Origin: a virus
Taxonomy: Duplodnaviria; Caudoviricetes
DNA: 46,451 nucleotides
Virus record (IMG/VR): IMGVR_UViG_3300032218_002092
Coordinates: 1 to 46,451 of that record
Direction: 5' to 3' (one strand)
Below are positions 28,808 to 38,807 of this stretch, one piece after another. A program made the translations under genes and the position numbers. Every line of letters begins with the position of its first letter. Position 1 is the first letter of the stretch. A model generated the notes under the pieces. The model saw only the letters and a list, made by a program, of their open reading frames with translations. It was not told the DNA's origin and did not search any database.

Positions 28808-31120
28808 TCATGATTTATCTTCCACTAAGGTTCTACTATGAACATCCCAAAAATATTCTACACCTTTCATGGCATATTCCAAATTGATATACTGACCTAG
28901 AATAAGAGATTCATTGGTATATGAATTAACCTGAGCGCCCCATATGGTTTCCCATATGGTTTGATTGTTACCGACCTTATATACAGAGCCAATGATTCTA
29001 CCATCTTCATCATCATAGTAGACCATTTGAGAATATTCTTTTTCAGACCATTGTTTCATCTTACGGCTTCTGTATGTTTATGTTTCAGAGATTTCTTTAG
29101 AAGCTTCTTATACACTTTCTTCTCTTTAATGAGATTGTGTACCAGAATAGCCTTATACAGTTTTTTGACTAGTTTTTTTACTTTCATCGTGTTCTTTTAT
29201 CCATATTAAAGCATTATCTAAGGTTAACCAAGGACTGACTGGTTTATGTTTCATATCAGTCCATTGGTATTCTGATGTTTCTCCAATCCACCACGAATTG
29301 GCGGTGTGGTCCCAGCGAGCAGAAGGATTACTTTGTTTTTTGAGAAGCATCGAACTGGCATGGTTTGTTTTCGTAATGACAGCGTAGGTCACAGACGAAT
29401 CGAATACCGAATAGTCGGTCAATTAATCGAACCCACCAAGAATATGGACGGCAGTTTTTCACGGCAGTTTTTCGTTGAGAATAATCTTAGAGGGTTCTTC
29501 TTCGACTTTCTTTTCTTCTGGTAGGGTTTTCCAGCGAGCAAAGAAAATCATAGTGGCCACTAATGTCCATTTGGACCAATCGTGTTGGTCGATGAGATAG
29601 ATGGTACCAAGAAGAATCGAGGCGTTCCATAAAACTGTCAGAAGTAATGAGAGAATGTTTATAAAGTGAATCATTTGGATACTTTAATAATTCTTAAATC
29701 GTTAAATTGATTACCATAAATGTCTTGGCAAGTCCACAGCTGTGCTGAGGGTTCTCCTTGGGGATAACAGATGACCTTTGAGGACTCATCATTGTTATTG
29801 ATTTTACGGAGACCATAGTCTATGGCCGCAGCGCCGGAAGCGCCGGCAAAAATCAGTAGACCGAGAAGGAAGATATGTTTAAGTTTCGTTTTGTTCATTT
29901 TAAATTGTTGATATTATCTTTGATGCGTTGAATGATTTCGATAATTGCATCCACCAATTCCAACCAAAGACTACTAATCTCTTGGACGGGATGGTAGAAA
30001 ACTCTAATAAGTGCTAATAATGAGGCAGGTACTATAATTAATATGGTTACTATAAAACCAATAAATCCTAAAATGTCAATCATGATTGTTCCCAGCGAAT
30101 TCCTAATAATTTATATAAAACTCTACGATAGAGTGGTTGTTTGTTTTTGGAGATGATAGTAATATTGTTGGTATCGATATTGATAGAAGTTGTCCAAGTT
30201 GGGGCATTAGAAACAAAGGACAGTCCTGTGCCAGCCATCATTGATACACCAGTTACTTCCGAATATGCATATTTTGGTGTATCACAATTTGTATAATCCA
30301 AGTCTAATGGAATCTGTTCCGTTAGAGGCCAAAAGAATTGAATTTCTTTTTGTATCATTGGCGTCTTGCCTTTCTACATTCTTGTTTAACTTCTGGAGGA
30401 TAATCAGGACTAATTTCTGATATACTACAATCATACACTCTTACAAGTCCATGTGATGGATGTCCGTAGTTATAAACAATATAACCCACCAATATCATTG
30501 CACAGATTATTAATACAATAATCTCTAAGGCGTTTGTCTTTGCTTCCATAAATCCTCACATATAGTTTTCTTATCAGCAAGGGATAAACAATCATCCATA
30601 AATTCTTTTTCTTCTTTACTTATCTGTATCGATTCCACAGGTTTGACTTCAACCTGTTTTACTGGAGATTCTTCTACTATAACGGGAGGTGATTTGGCAA
30701 TAGAGGTTTCATGACGAGAGAAAACGAATATCAATACCAAGGCAAAAAAACCTGCCATTAGAAACTTCCAATACAAAACCGCAATCAGACCAATACCAAT
30801 AGCAATCACAGTAAAGATAATAATCGTTTCTAATCGACCTTGCGTGATTCCTAAGGTCGTTAGAATTTCATTGTAGTCCATGATTACTTACGCTTTGGAT
30901 CACAATGCACATTGATAGGTACCAGAACTTTACCGTGTTCTGTTTTTTGTGTAACATACTCAACATAAGGTTTCATATCGGCATCTTCACATTCAGTAAC
31001 ACCACGAATAACATCACGGCGTTCCATCTTTTCCACTTTTTCATATCCTGAAATGAGTGGCGGTTGCGAAGCACAAGCTGGCAACAATAATAAAGGTAAC
31101 ATAACTAAAAACTTCTTCAC
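28808..31120 (-). CDS. Cluster of small hypothetical, mostly membrane/exported proteins
   Basis: ORFs 28808-29059, 29153-29422, 29459-29674, 29671-29898, 29895-30083, 30080-30358, 30355-30549, 30525-30881, 30884-31120; most have TM segments; the last has an LLPAC lipobox. Confidence 0.65.
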
Positions 31121-31153
31121 TTTAAATCTCCATAAGGTTAAGGACTACAACAT

Positions 31154-31182
31154 ATTATACAACAAAAAATGACTTTGGTCAA
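31154..31182 (-). promoter_or_regulatory. sigma70-like promoter TTGACC-N17-TATAAT
   Basis: Direct reading; lies upstream of the membrane-protein cluster. Confidence 0.7.
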
Positions 31183-31302
31183 TAGTTATAAAAAAACATA
31201 CCATTGTCATCAAACTGTAACGCACCGCAACATATATATTAGTATAAACACTAATAGTATAAACACTACTATTGGTACCACTAGAACTCAAAAGGAACTA
31301 TA

Positions 31303-31449
31303 ATGAAACTATTAAAATCTATTTACAATTTCTTATTCGATTTAGGTTACTACGCTAGAATGGAACAATATATCCGTTCTAAAAATCCTAAATCTCATGC
31401 TGATTTAGAACGTGTTGTTCGAGATTATTATTCTTGCCGTGGACTTTAA
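31303..31449 (+). CDS. 48-aa DUF3563-like peptide; only credible plus-strand gene
   Basis: Manual: AAAGGA RBS, MKLLKSIYNFLFDLGYYARMEQYIRSKNPKSHADLERVVRDYYSCRGL; stop overlaps the convergent gene's stop (TTAA). Confidence 0.7.
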   Translation: MKLLKSIYNFLFDLGYYARMEQYIRSKNPKSHADLERVVRDYYSCRGL

Positions 31450-32008
31450 CAACCAGTCCAACGAATTGAATTAAAATCTTTAGTAATTACATTACCTCTT
31501 GGGAAGTTCTTTGCAGGAGCATTCCAAGAGGCCGCTTTCCAAATATCTCCAGTATTCAATTCTACAAACGAATGGCAAGACCTCTGTTTAAGTGAACTAC
31601 CATGGTCATACCAATGGAATATTTTTACATACTTGGTACCGGCATCAAAGCCGACAGTAAAACCTAAATCATTTTTGCACTCACCACGGGTATATTCATA
31701 ATTCGATTTAATGTAATCGCAGTATTCTTCAATATGCGGTAATAACTTTAATAATTTTTCATTAGTTTTTGTCATAATTAATCCTCAACTTGCCAACCAT
31801 TAATCCTCAACTGCTCACGACCAGCGGGAGTAGCTTTCATTCTATCAAACTCATCATGAATAGAATTAATTTCATGGATTAACCATTCACGATTATACCA
31901 TTGTTCGGTAGTATGTAATCGTGGACGGTAACCATAAAAGTCCTTATGAAAATCAGAGTAATAACTCTGTAATCCATATATGTCATATTCATCAAAAGTA
32001 TTCATCAT
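31446..32008 (-). CDS. Two hypothetical early ORFs (31446-31775, 31778-32008)
   Basis: G-x-KY-x-KI...GDI-x-KAASW-x-APAK-x-x-RGN and SDFHKDFYGYRPR conserved phage motifs. Confidence 0.75.
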
Positions 32009-32014
32009 GTTACC

Positions 32015-32065
32015 ATTATAACATAACCAGTAGGTTTGTCAATAGTCTGTTGTACCAAAACAACA
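32015..32065 (-). promoter_or_regulatory. Promoter TTGACA-N16-TATAAT with upstream dyad
   Basis: -10 at 32015-32020, -35 at 32037-32042, dyad tgttg-taccaaaa-caaca at 32048-32065; ATG follows almost immediately (leaderless-like). Confidence 0.8.
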
Positions 32066-32178
32066 CTATTGGCCACCTAGTTTTACTAATAATTCATCTA
32101 CCAGATTTCTAACGACAGAATTTTTTGGTGTCCAACAGCGAATTCTTTTTAAGTGAGCAATAAGTTCTCTAACATCCA

Positions 32179-32460
32179 TTAATTAAAACTCGACCATTCT
32201 TTCAATTTGTTTCTTTTTTGTTTTCTTGCTTGATTGATATAAGAATCAGATAATGTTCCATTTTCAACCAAGATATCAATCATCGCCAGTAAATCACCAA
32301 TTTCTTCTTCCAATTTCCATTTGTTAGTTGGTGCTCCTTCTGGCCATTGTGTATCCATACCAAAACGAAACACTTTCGAAATTGCTTGGGTTACTTCTGC
32401 ACATTCTTCTTGTAAAATTAATAAGGCTTCTTTAGTTTGTTCATTCATAAGGTTCTTCAA
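32179..32460 (-). CDS. MazG-like NTP pyrophosphohydrolase
   Basis: EECAEV-x-QA-x-SK...LEEEIGDL (EExxE...ExxD). Confidence 0.8.
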   Translation of the reverse strand: MKNLMNEQTKEALLILQEECAEVTQAISKVFRFGMDTQWPEGAPTNKWKLEEEIGDLLAMIDILVENGTLSDSYINQARKQKRNKLKEWSSFN

Positions 32461-32922
32461 TAAATCTAATCACAGGTAAAACATTTGCCACGATAGTTTG
32501 TGCTTGTGTATAAGTTGGACAAACAACTCGGCAAGTAAATATTCCATCTTTAATAGAAAGGTCAAAAGGCAAAGCTTCACCTTTAGGCATCCATTCTTCT
32601 TCAATATAACAATGCACATACCAAGCTTTTGCTTGTTGTGCTCGTTTAATCATAGCATCATAAATCTTTTTTGGATCAAAATCATCCGCTTCAATAATTC
32701 CATTCATTATTTTAATTCCTTTACGATACCTTCAAAAGCATATTGTGTTGCAGCTTCTTCTGCCTCTTCTTCTGTTTGAAAAAACATGGTGAACCTAGAA
32801 CCAGTAATATCATCTACCATATCAACAATCCACATTGGAGCGACTACACAACTTGCAAGGAAGGCTATTTCAGCATAACGGTGTCCTTGGGCACCCACAA
32901 ATGTTACAATTTCTTGAATCAT
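32441..32922 (-). CDS. Two hypothetical ORFs (32441-32707, 32707-32922)
   Basis: ORF track, translationally coupled. Confidence 0.6.
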
Positions 32923-35066
32923 GATATCATTCCTATAAATCGGTTAAGAACAACACGGTTGGCCACACGGCCGCCGGCATATTTACTAAATGCAGACACA
33001 AGACCTCTGGTCGTTGCATTTTCTTTTACCTCAAAGGTATTATTTTCATCAGTATCAAGAGCTTCGGAACGGAGAACATAATACTCATCAAATCCAGCAG
33101 TTTCAACTACCGCAAATTTATTTTTACGGAAAGTAACTTTGATTTTCTCAAAGTCGGATGTTCGTGGGAAGAAATCATACATCTTACGATTAAATTCACG
33201 ACCAGATAAAACATAAAAACCCAACACATTACAATTTGTGCGTGACTTCAATAATTTTACATATGCTGAAGTATGTGAAGCACAATTATATATGTTTTCT
33301 ATTTTTTCTTGGTGCTTAGTTTTTGGATCACGAATAATCATTCCAAGGTCTGCCTTAGAACCATAAGAATATTCATGACCTCTAGTAACTAATTTACCAG
33401 ATTCGGCATGAGTTTCATATTTGTTACGAATTGTGTGACCTTCACCATCAGTCAAAAACACCGCATTGACAATTTGTAATTTGTATCGTTTCTGAAAATG
33501 AGGAACAATTTCCATAGCGGCAATAGTTGCTTCGTTCAAAGGTGTGCCACCCATGCACATCCAACCAGGAATATAACGAGGTGATAGTGACCAACGAACC
33601 AAACAAGAAGCGGCATATGTAAATTCGCCAGCAGACATTTTGCTCGACAACAGATTCATTAAATAAAATCTTCTGGTTTCTAAATCGCCATCTTTTGGTG
33701 TAATCATGTAGTCGTGTGAATATACAGATTCAGGTGTTGCAAACGAATACACTTCATATGGAATGTTTACTTTTTTACAAAACATCACCAAAGACAATAA
33801 TTGTTTAACAGTATTCTCAATGTGGTCAGACATAGAACCAGACCAATCAAGGAACATTACAAGACCATGTGATTTACCATTAGGAACAACCGAAATTTTC
33901 CTAAAAATATCTTCACTAAACTGGTATGAGAAAATCTTCTTCATATCCAATTCGCCAGTTTTGGCAGTAGAAGCACGCTTCAATTGGTCAGCATTTTTAC
34001 GCAATTCAAATTCTTTGACAAGATAAGAAACTACCTTGTTGGTTTCTTTGCGTAATTTCTGATACTGTTTTGCACCATAATCATTTTGGCCATCACCCCA
34101 TTGAGAACTATGTTCTTTATATTTTTTGTATAGAGCTTTGTAACCAAGAATACCTTTGTTTATGTCAAACTCAGGAACATTGGCATAAAGATAATTTGTT
34201 GCACTTTCAGCAAACAGTTTTTTCTCATTTTGTTTAAAGGCATCATCAGTATAAGAACGAACTTTATCATCTTCAATTTCTTCATGTTGAAATTGTTCGT
34301 TGCCATTGATGATTTCATCATCTTCGTTTTTATCTTCGTCACCTTCGTTTGAATCGGTGGATGAAGATTGTGTGTTTTCATCTTGGTCTTGTTCTTCGCC
34401 TTCTTCATCAAAATCAGCGTCATCATCCCAATTACCAAAACCATCAAAATTCTCATCTTCATCTTTTTCTTCAAAATCTTCATCAGGTTGAGAATTGGCT
34501 TTACGCTCTTCTTCTTTTTCTTTCATAAAGGCATGAATACGCTTGGCGACTTCAATCACCTCATCATAAGTCTGAGTTGTTTCTACGGCATCAAGCAAAA
34601 CTTTTTCTTCAGCATCAAATTTAATACCAAGCATAGCACCGCCTTTACAATGCATATTTACTCGGTCAATAAAATTCATTTCATTGAGGTCGACACCATT
34701 TGTGCCAAAGAAATCTTTTTCAACCAAAGACTTATATGCTTTGGTAAAAGAATTGCGTAAACCAGGATATTTGTGTTTGATTTTTCTTTCAATGCGGGAA
34801 TCTTCCACAACATTGAGAATAGAAGCATTTACTTTTTCTTCTCTGGCTTTAATCATGCCATCCATAGGAGTGTAGAGAGCATGGCCAACTTCGTGACCTA
34901 CAAAAAGGTCATAGGTGAAACCATCAATTTTTTCATCTAAAACAGGAATTACCAATATACGATTTTTAACATCGAACATAGCTGTAGGAACTTTGCGTTG
35001 TTCTACCACAAGGTTCTCGGTTGCCATCAGTTTGGCTAATAATGATTTAGATTCTAGTAATTCCAT
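32919..35066 (-). CDS. CobT-like protein: HExxH peptidase-like domain, acidic linker and VWA domain
   Basis: GHEVGHAL, NVVED-x-RIE, MIDAS DWSGSM, GGTPL, LTDG. Confidence 0.85.
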   Translation of the reverse strand: MELLESKSLLAKLMATENLVVEQRKVPTAMFDVKNRILVIPVLDEKIDGFTYDLFVGHEVGHALYTPMDGMIKAREEKVNASILNVVEDSRIERKIKHKYPGLRNSFTKAYKSLVEKDFFGTNGVDLNEMNFIDRVNMHCKGGAMLGIKFDAEEKVLLDAVETTQTYDEVIEVAKRIHAFMKEKEEERKANSQPDEDFEEKDEDENFDGFGNWDDDADFDEEGEEQDQDENTQSSSTDSNEGDEDKNEDDEIINGNEQFQHEEIEDDKVRSYTDDAFKQNEKKLFAESATNYLYANVPEFDINKGILGYKALYKKYKEHSSQWGDGQNDYGAKQYQKLRKETNKVVSYLVKEFELRKNADQLKRASTAKTGELDMKKIFSYQFSEDIFRKISVVPNGKSHGLVMFLDWSGSMSDHIENTVKQLLSLVMFCKKVNIPYEVYSFATPESVYSHDYMITPKDGDLETRRFYLMNLLSSKMSAGEFTYAASCLVRWSLSPRYIPGWMCMGGTPLNEATIAAMEIVPHFQKRYKLQIVNAVFLTDGEGHTIRNKYETHAESGKLVTRGHEYSYGSKADLGMIIRDPKTKHQEKIENIYNCASHTSAYVKLLKSRTNCNVLGFYVLSGREFNRKMYDFFPRTSDFEKIKVTFRKNKFAVVETAGFDEYYVLRSEALDTDENNTFEVKENATTRGLVSAFSKYAGGRVANRVVLNRFIGMIS

Positions 35067-35091
35067 GACTTCTCCTATTGAATATTCTATT

Positions 35092-35153
35092 ATTATACAG
35101 GAATCCTAAAATCCGTCAAGAATTTTTAAAAAAGATGTTGTTTCCTAGCAACA
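35092..35153 (-). promoter_or_regulatory. Promoter TTGACG-N16-TATAAT with upstream dyad
   Basis: -10 at 35092-35097, -35 at 35114-35119, dyad tgttg-tttcctag-caaca at 35136-35153. Confidence 0.8.
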
Positions 35154-35159
35154 ACTGCG

Positions 35160-36027
35160 TTATTCGAACATTTCCTTGCGTTTTTGGTAGTCGGAAAGGT
35201 CTTTTTCCATACCAGATAGTGATGCCCATTTACGGATTACAATATCCAACTGTTTCCAAGGAGGAATTTCGTTGTCATCAACTTTGGCATCAAGCCAAAT
35301 ATAGTGTCCTGTTTCATTCATGATTTTTTCCTTCGTTTTTATCAAAAATTTCATATTGTAATGCTGCTGCCAGCTCATCCGCAAGATTCGGATTGAATTT
35401 TACTAAAAAATAAGCTACATCTTCTGTTGGTACATGACGCAAATTATACATAATTTCATCAATTCCACGCAAAATTTGTGTTTCTTCGTGTTGTGCTAAC
35501 ATAATTTTCTCACATATCATAATAATGGTCAATAACAACTACATTTTTACCGCTCTTTTTTGCTTTTCCAAGCATTTCCATAAATTTTAACTCATCTTTA
35601 AATTCTTGGCAATCTAATCCTTGCAAATATTCCTCAAAATCATACCAATCCTCATCAGACCACGATTCAGGTTTACTCATAATCATCTCCTCATACTAGA
35701 AATTTCTTTTGCTTCATTATCTGTAAAAATAGGAACAGCATTTGATTTGTGCATAGTGCCGATTCCTTTCATTTTTTCACCAGTATAAGAATATTGGGAT
35801 TTTTTAACACACGGAATAAAACCTGTGTCGATGGATGCAATTTGGGGAGTTTCTCTGCCAGCTGGAATTTTGGGAAGTGGAAGTTCGACAGAAATCTTTT
35901 TGGAAACGGCATATTTCGATTTTGGCGATATTGCCTCAATTGATTTTATCCATTCTTCGTGACGTAGTTTCACTAGTTTTGGAACTTTGCGTTTTTTGGC
36001 TTTGGGAATATATCCATGTATCATCAT
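35160..36027 (-). CDS. Hypothetical ORFs (35160-35384, 35314-35538, 35683-36027)
   Basis: ORF track; 35683-36027 has the conserved YTG...GIGTMHKSNAVP motif of T4-like phages. Confidence 0.65.
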
Positions 36028-36053
36028 AATAAAAACTCCGAGTAAGAGTTCCC

Positions 36054-36103
36054 ATTATACACGAATTTAAGAGAATGTCAAGAGGTGTTGCTGGAAAACA
36101 ACA
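36054..36103 (-). promoter_or_regulatory. Promoter TTGACA-N16-TATAAT with upstream dyad
   Basis: -10 at 36054-36059, -35 at 36076-36081, dyad tgttg-ctggaaaa-caaca at 36086-36103. Confidence 0.8.
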
Positions 36104-36178
36104 GTTTTGGTATTAAAACATTATTTTTAAAGCGGACACCAATACTTATGCTAAAAAAACTAAAATTAAGTGGTATTT

Positions 36179-36361
36179 TTAATTTTTTTCATCCTGTGAA
36201 ACATCCATTTCTTCAAAAGCATCTTCATATTCATGATTTTTTAATTTTTTAACTTCTGGATGTTCACCTCTACGGCGCTTGCTATGTAGAAAATTCTTTG
36301 CATAATCGTAGTCATCAGAATAATCTTTATTTTTGCGAAACTTACCAACAAACTTGGTCAC
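36179..36361 (-). CDS. Small hypothetical protein
   Basis: ORF track; AGGAG RBS. Confidence 0.55.
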   Translation of the reverse strand: MTKFVGKFRKNKDYSDDYDYAKNFLHSKRRRGEHPEVKKLKNHEYEDAFEEMDVSQDEKN

Positions 36362-36371
36362 TTCTTTTCTC

Positions 36372-36743
36372 CTATTTCAAGGTTTCAAACTTTATACCTT
36401 TAATTTTAGTTTCAGGCATATTTTCCATATCCATATCTGAAACATAAACTATTTCAGAATTAGGATAACAAATTTTTACAATTTTTAGTAACTGACAAAC
36501 GGATCCATCAGAATCATTAAATGACATAACTTCATCAACACATTTAAGAGCTTTTACTATTTCTCTGCGGGTTTCATAACTTTGCATAAATCCGCCACGT
36601 GAATACATCATCCACCAATCAGAATGAACACCAACAATTAACCAATCGCCTCTCATGTTGCATTTGCGTAAGAATTGTAATTCCTCTTTACTTAAAGGAT
36701 CAAATTCTCCAGATGTGACTATGATTCGTTCTCTGTGAATCAT
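36372..36743 (-). CDS. Cytidylyltransferase-like protein (RfaE/TagD fold) with degenerate HxGH motif
   Basis: SGEFDPL, LIVGVHSD-x-W, R-x-EIVKALKCVDEV; canonical H-x-G-H replaced by SKEE. Confidence 0.75.
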   Translation of the reverse strand: MIHRERIIVTSGEFDPLSKEELQFLRKCNMRGDWLIVGVHSDWWMMYSRGGFMQSYETRREIVKALKCVDEVMSFNDSDGSVCQLLKIVKICYPNSEIVYVSDMDMENMPETKIKGIKFETLK

Positions 36744-37168
36744 TATGGAATTAAATTAGGAAATGCCTTTTTAACAAATTCATAATCTAAACCTTTTACA
36801 CCTTGATCCTTTTTAAAGATACCAATAATAACTTCAGCTTCACGGGGCTCAATTGATTCCAATAATTGGATGAGTAATTCATTTTGTTTTCTTGGAGTTA
36901 ATTGTTCTGCTGAAGGATGACCAACCTGAAATAGATATAATTTTCTAATTTCGGTGGATAATTGACAGCGAGAAATTCCTGGTTTTGTATCAGGAATTTT
37001 ATAATTTTCTGGCATATCTTTGATTTTCCATTGACAATCAGGATGAAATGTAAACTGTAATACATCTACCAATGTTTTTGATAGATTGTTTTCGATTACT
37101 TTTAATCGTTCTTCTTTTGTATTTGCTGCTTCAAATTCATCAAATACTTCATAAATATTTTTCATCAA
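36743..37168 (-). CDS. Conserved T4-like hypothetical protein
   Basis: E-x-RKLY-x-F...LIQLLESIEPREAE...V-x-x-AFP. Confidence 0.7.
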   Translation of the reverse strand: MMKNIYEVFDEFEAANTKEERLKVIENNLSKTLVDVLQFTFHPDCQWKIKDMPENYKIPDTKPGISRCQLSTEIRKLYLFQVGHPSAEQLTPRKQNELLIQLLESIEPREAEVIIGIFKKDQGVKGLDYEFVKKAFPNLIP

Positions 37169-38013
37169 AATTCCTCTATTACATCAATTAAATTTTTTAA
37201 TTTCTTCTCAATAAAATAATTTAACAACTTATTTTTTGGTGCCGGTTTTGTTTCATCATAAGTATTTATGATTTTTTCTTTAATCTCAATTGGAATAAAA
37301 GTTAAGTCAATTAGTGTAGCATTACGAACAAAATTATTTTTAATTGTTTCTTCTTGGTCCAAATAACTTTCACGCATTAATTTATCTAAAACTCCTTTGG
37401 TGATTGGTTTCTGTCTTAGTTCACGGACAAAACAATCTGATGGCGAAAATACATTTGGAATTCCATCACCTTTATCACCACGAATAATCTTTTCTTTAAG
37501 TTCTAAAACTGGATTTTCCGAAACAATAAATTTCTTTTGTGCGGGATTATATTGTTTTACATTTTTACCATAATTTTGTAATTGTAAGAAATCTCCATCA
37601 CTAGACAAAATTAAAATCTTTTCTTTTGGTGCATACATTGGAACTAAAGTGCCGATAATATCATCTGCTTCGGCGCCCTCAACATCAATTACTTTGTATG
37701 GGAAATTTTCTTTTAGTTCCGTTTTAAATTTGGCAAGCATATCAAAAATTAAATGCCAATCTAAATCTGACTTTTCACGGGTCTTTTTACGACCAGCTTT
37801 ATAGAATGGAAATATATCTTTACGCCAATATTTTCGGTTATCGCAACATAATACAACTTCACCATATTCATTACGAAAATTACGAATGTGCATACGGAGA
37901 ATATTAAGTATCATGTGGCGAACTAAATCTTCTTCCAACTTGACACCTTTTTTACCTGCAATCTGCGCCATAAGGCCAGACAGTAATACTTGATTTAAAT
38001 CAACGAGAATCAT
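37165..38013 (-). CDS. rnh: T4-type RNase H / 5'-3' exonuclease
   Basis: ILVDLNQ, YWRK-x-x-FP-x-YK-x-x-R, EADDII, SSDGDF-x-QL, GDKGDGIPN. Confidence 0.93.
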   Translation of the reverse strand: MILVDLNQVLLSGLMAQIAGKKGVKLEEDLVRHMILNILRMHIRNFRNEYGEVVLCCDNRKYWRKDIFPFYKAGRKKTREKSDLDWHLIFDMLAKFKTELKENFPYKVIDVEGAEADDIIGTLVPMYAPKEKILILSSDGDFLQLQNYGKNVKQYNPAQKKFIVSENPVLELKEKIIRGDKGDGIPNVFSPSDCFVRELRQKPITKGVLDKLMRESYLDQEETIKNNFVRNATLIDLTFIPIEIKEKIINTYDETKPAPKNKLLNYFIEKKLKNLIDVIEEF

Positions 38014-38046
38014 AACAAACTTTCAAAAGTTTCAAAATTAGATTAT

Positions 38047-38075
38047 ATTATATCAGGTTTTATCAAAATTGGCAA
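38047..38075 (-). promoter_or_regulatory. sigma70-like promoter TTGCCA-N17-TATAAT
   Basis: Direct reading, upstream of rnh. Confidence 0.7.
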
Positions 38076-38400
38076 GCAGACGGTCTATGATTGGTTTTGA
38101 TGTGGTAGTCTTACGAGCAATTATACCATACCAACCTTCTGGTATTCTATTTGAGATATATTCTAACGGATCTATTAATATGGCATCAAAGGAATCTAAA
38201 TCACCATATTTGTCTTTATCTTCTTTGTGGTCACGAAATAATACAATATGCCAAGCATCACCTTGTGGACCACATCCTAAAGATTCACCAGGATTGGCAT
38301 ATTCTGTACCATGAATTGTAATAGCTCCTTTTTTTTCGCCTTCTAAAAAAGTTAAAAAATCATACTTTTCATTTTTCATGGGCTTTAAAAAATCTAACAT
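38053..38400 (-). CDS. Hypothetical protein
   Basis: ORF track. Confidence 0.6.
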   Translation of the reverse strand: MLDFLKPMKNEKYDFLTFLEGEKKGAITIHGTEYANPGESLGCGPQGDAWHIVLFRDHKEDKDKYGDLDSFDAILIDPLEYISNRIPEGWYGIIARKTTTSKPIIDRLLANFDKT

Positions 38401-38807
38401 TTTATTCCTTTAAGGTGTGACTTTCTCACTCTTACCATAATCCATGTATTGTAATAGTCATTCGATTCTAGAGCACCACGAACAAATTGCTCTTTTGCTT
38501 CCAAATAACCACAATCACCTTTAGAAAGGCAAAGATGTAATATATCACGTTTAAATTTATCGTGACCTAATTGTAACACATCTTTGCTGAGTTCGGCACT
38601 ACTTCCGTAGTAAGTTTGCCAATCGCTTGGTACCTTAATGCGTTTCTTCTTACCTTTGACTTGCTTGGTTTTGGCAGAATAAAAGAATTTCTTGCCTATG
38701 TATTTTCTACCATTCGTCAGATTAGTTATCTGATACACGAACCCGTAATTATCACCAATCAAATCTTCGGTAAATTCAATATCATTGTATTGCCAGTTTA
38801 GTCCCAT
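38394..38807 (-). CDS. GIY-YIG-like nuclease-domain protein
   Basis: GFVYQITNLTNGRKYIGKK...SDW-x-x-YYGSS...YYN. Confidence 0.8.
   Translation of the reverse strand: MGLNWQYNDIEFTEDLIGDNYGFVYQITNLTNGRKYIGKKFFYSAKTKQVKGKKKRIKVPSDWQTYYGSSAELSKDVLQLGHDKFKRDILHLCLSKGDCGYLEAKEQFVRGALESNDYYNTWIMVRVRKSHLKGIKC

Noticed and set aside
21200-35066. Cobalamin biosynthesis (cobaltochelatase)
   Set aside because: No CobN or other cob genes in the window; phage CobS/CobT-like pairs are better read as MoxR/VWA chaperones
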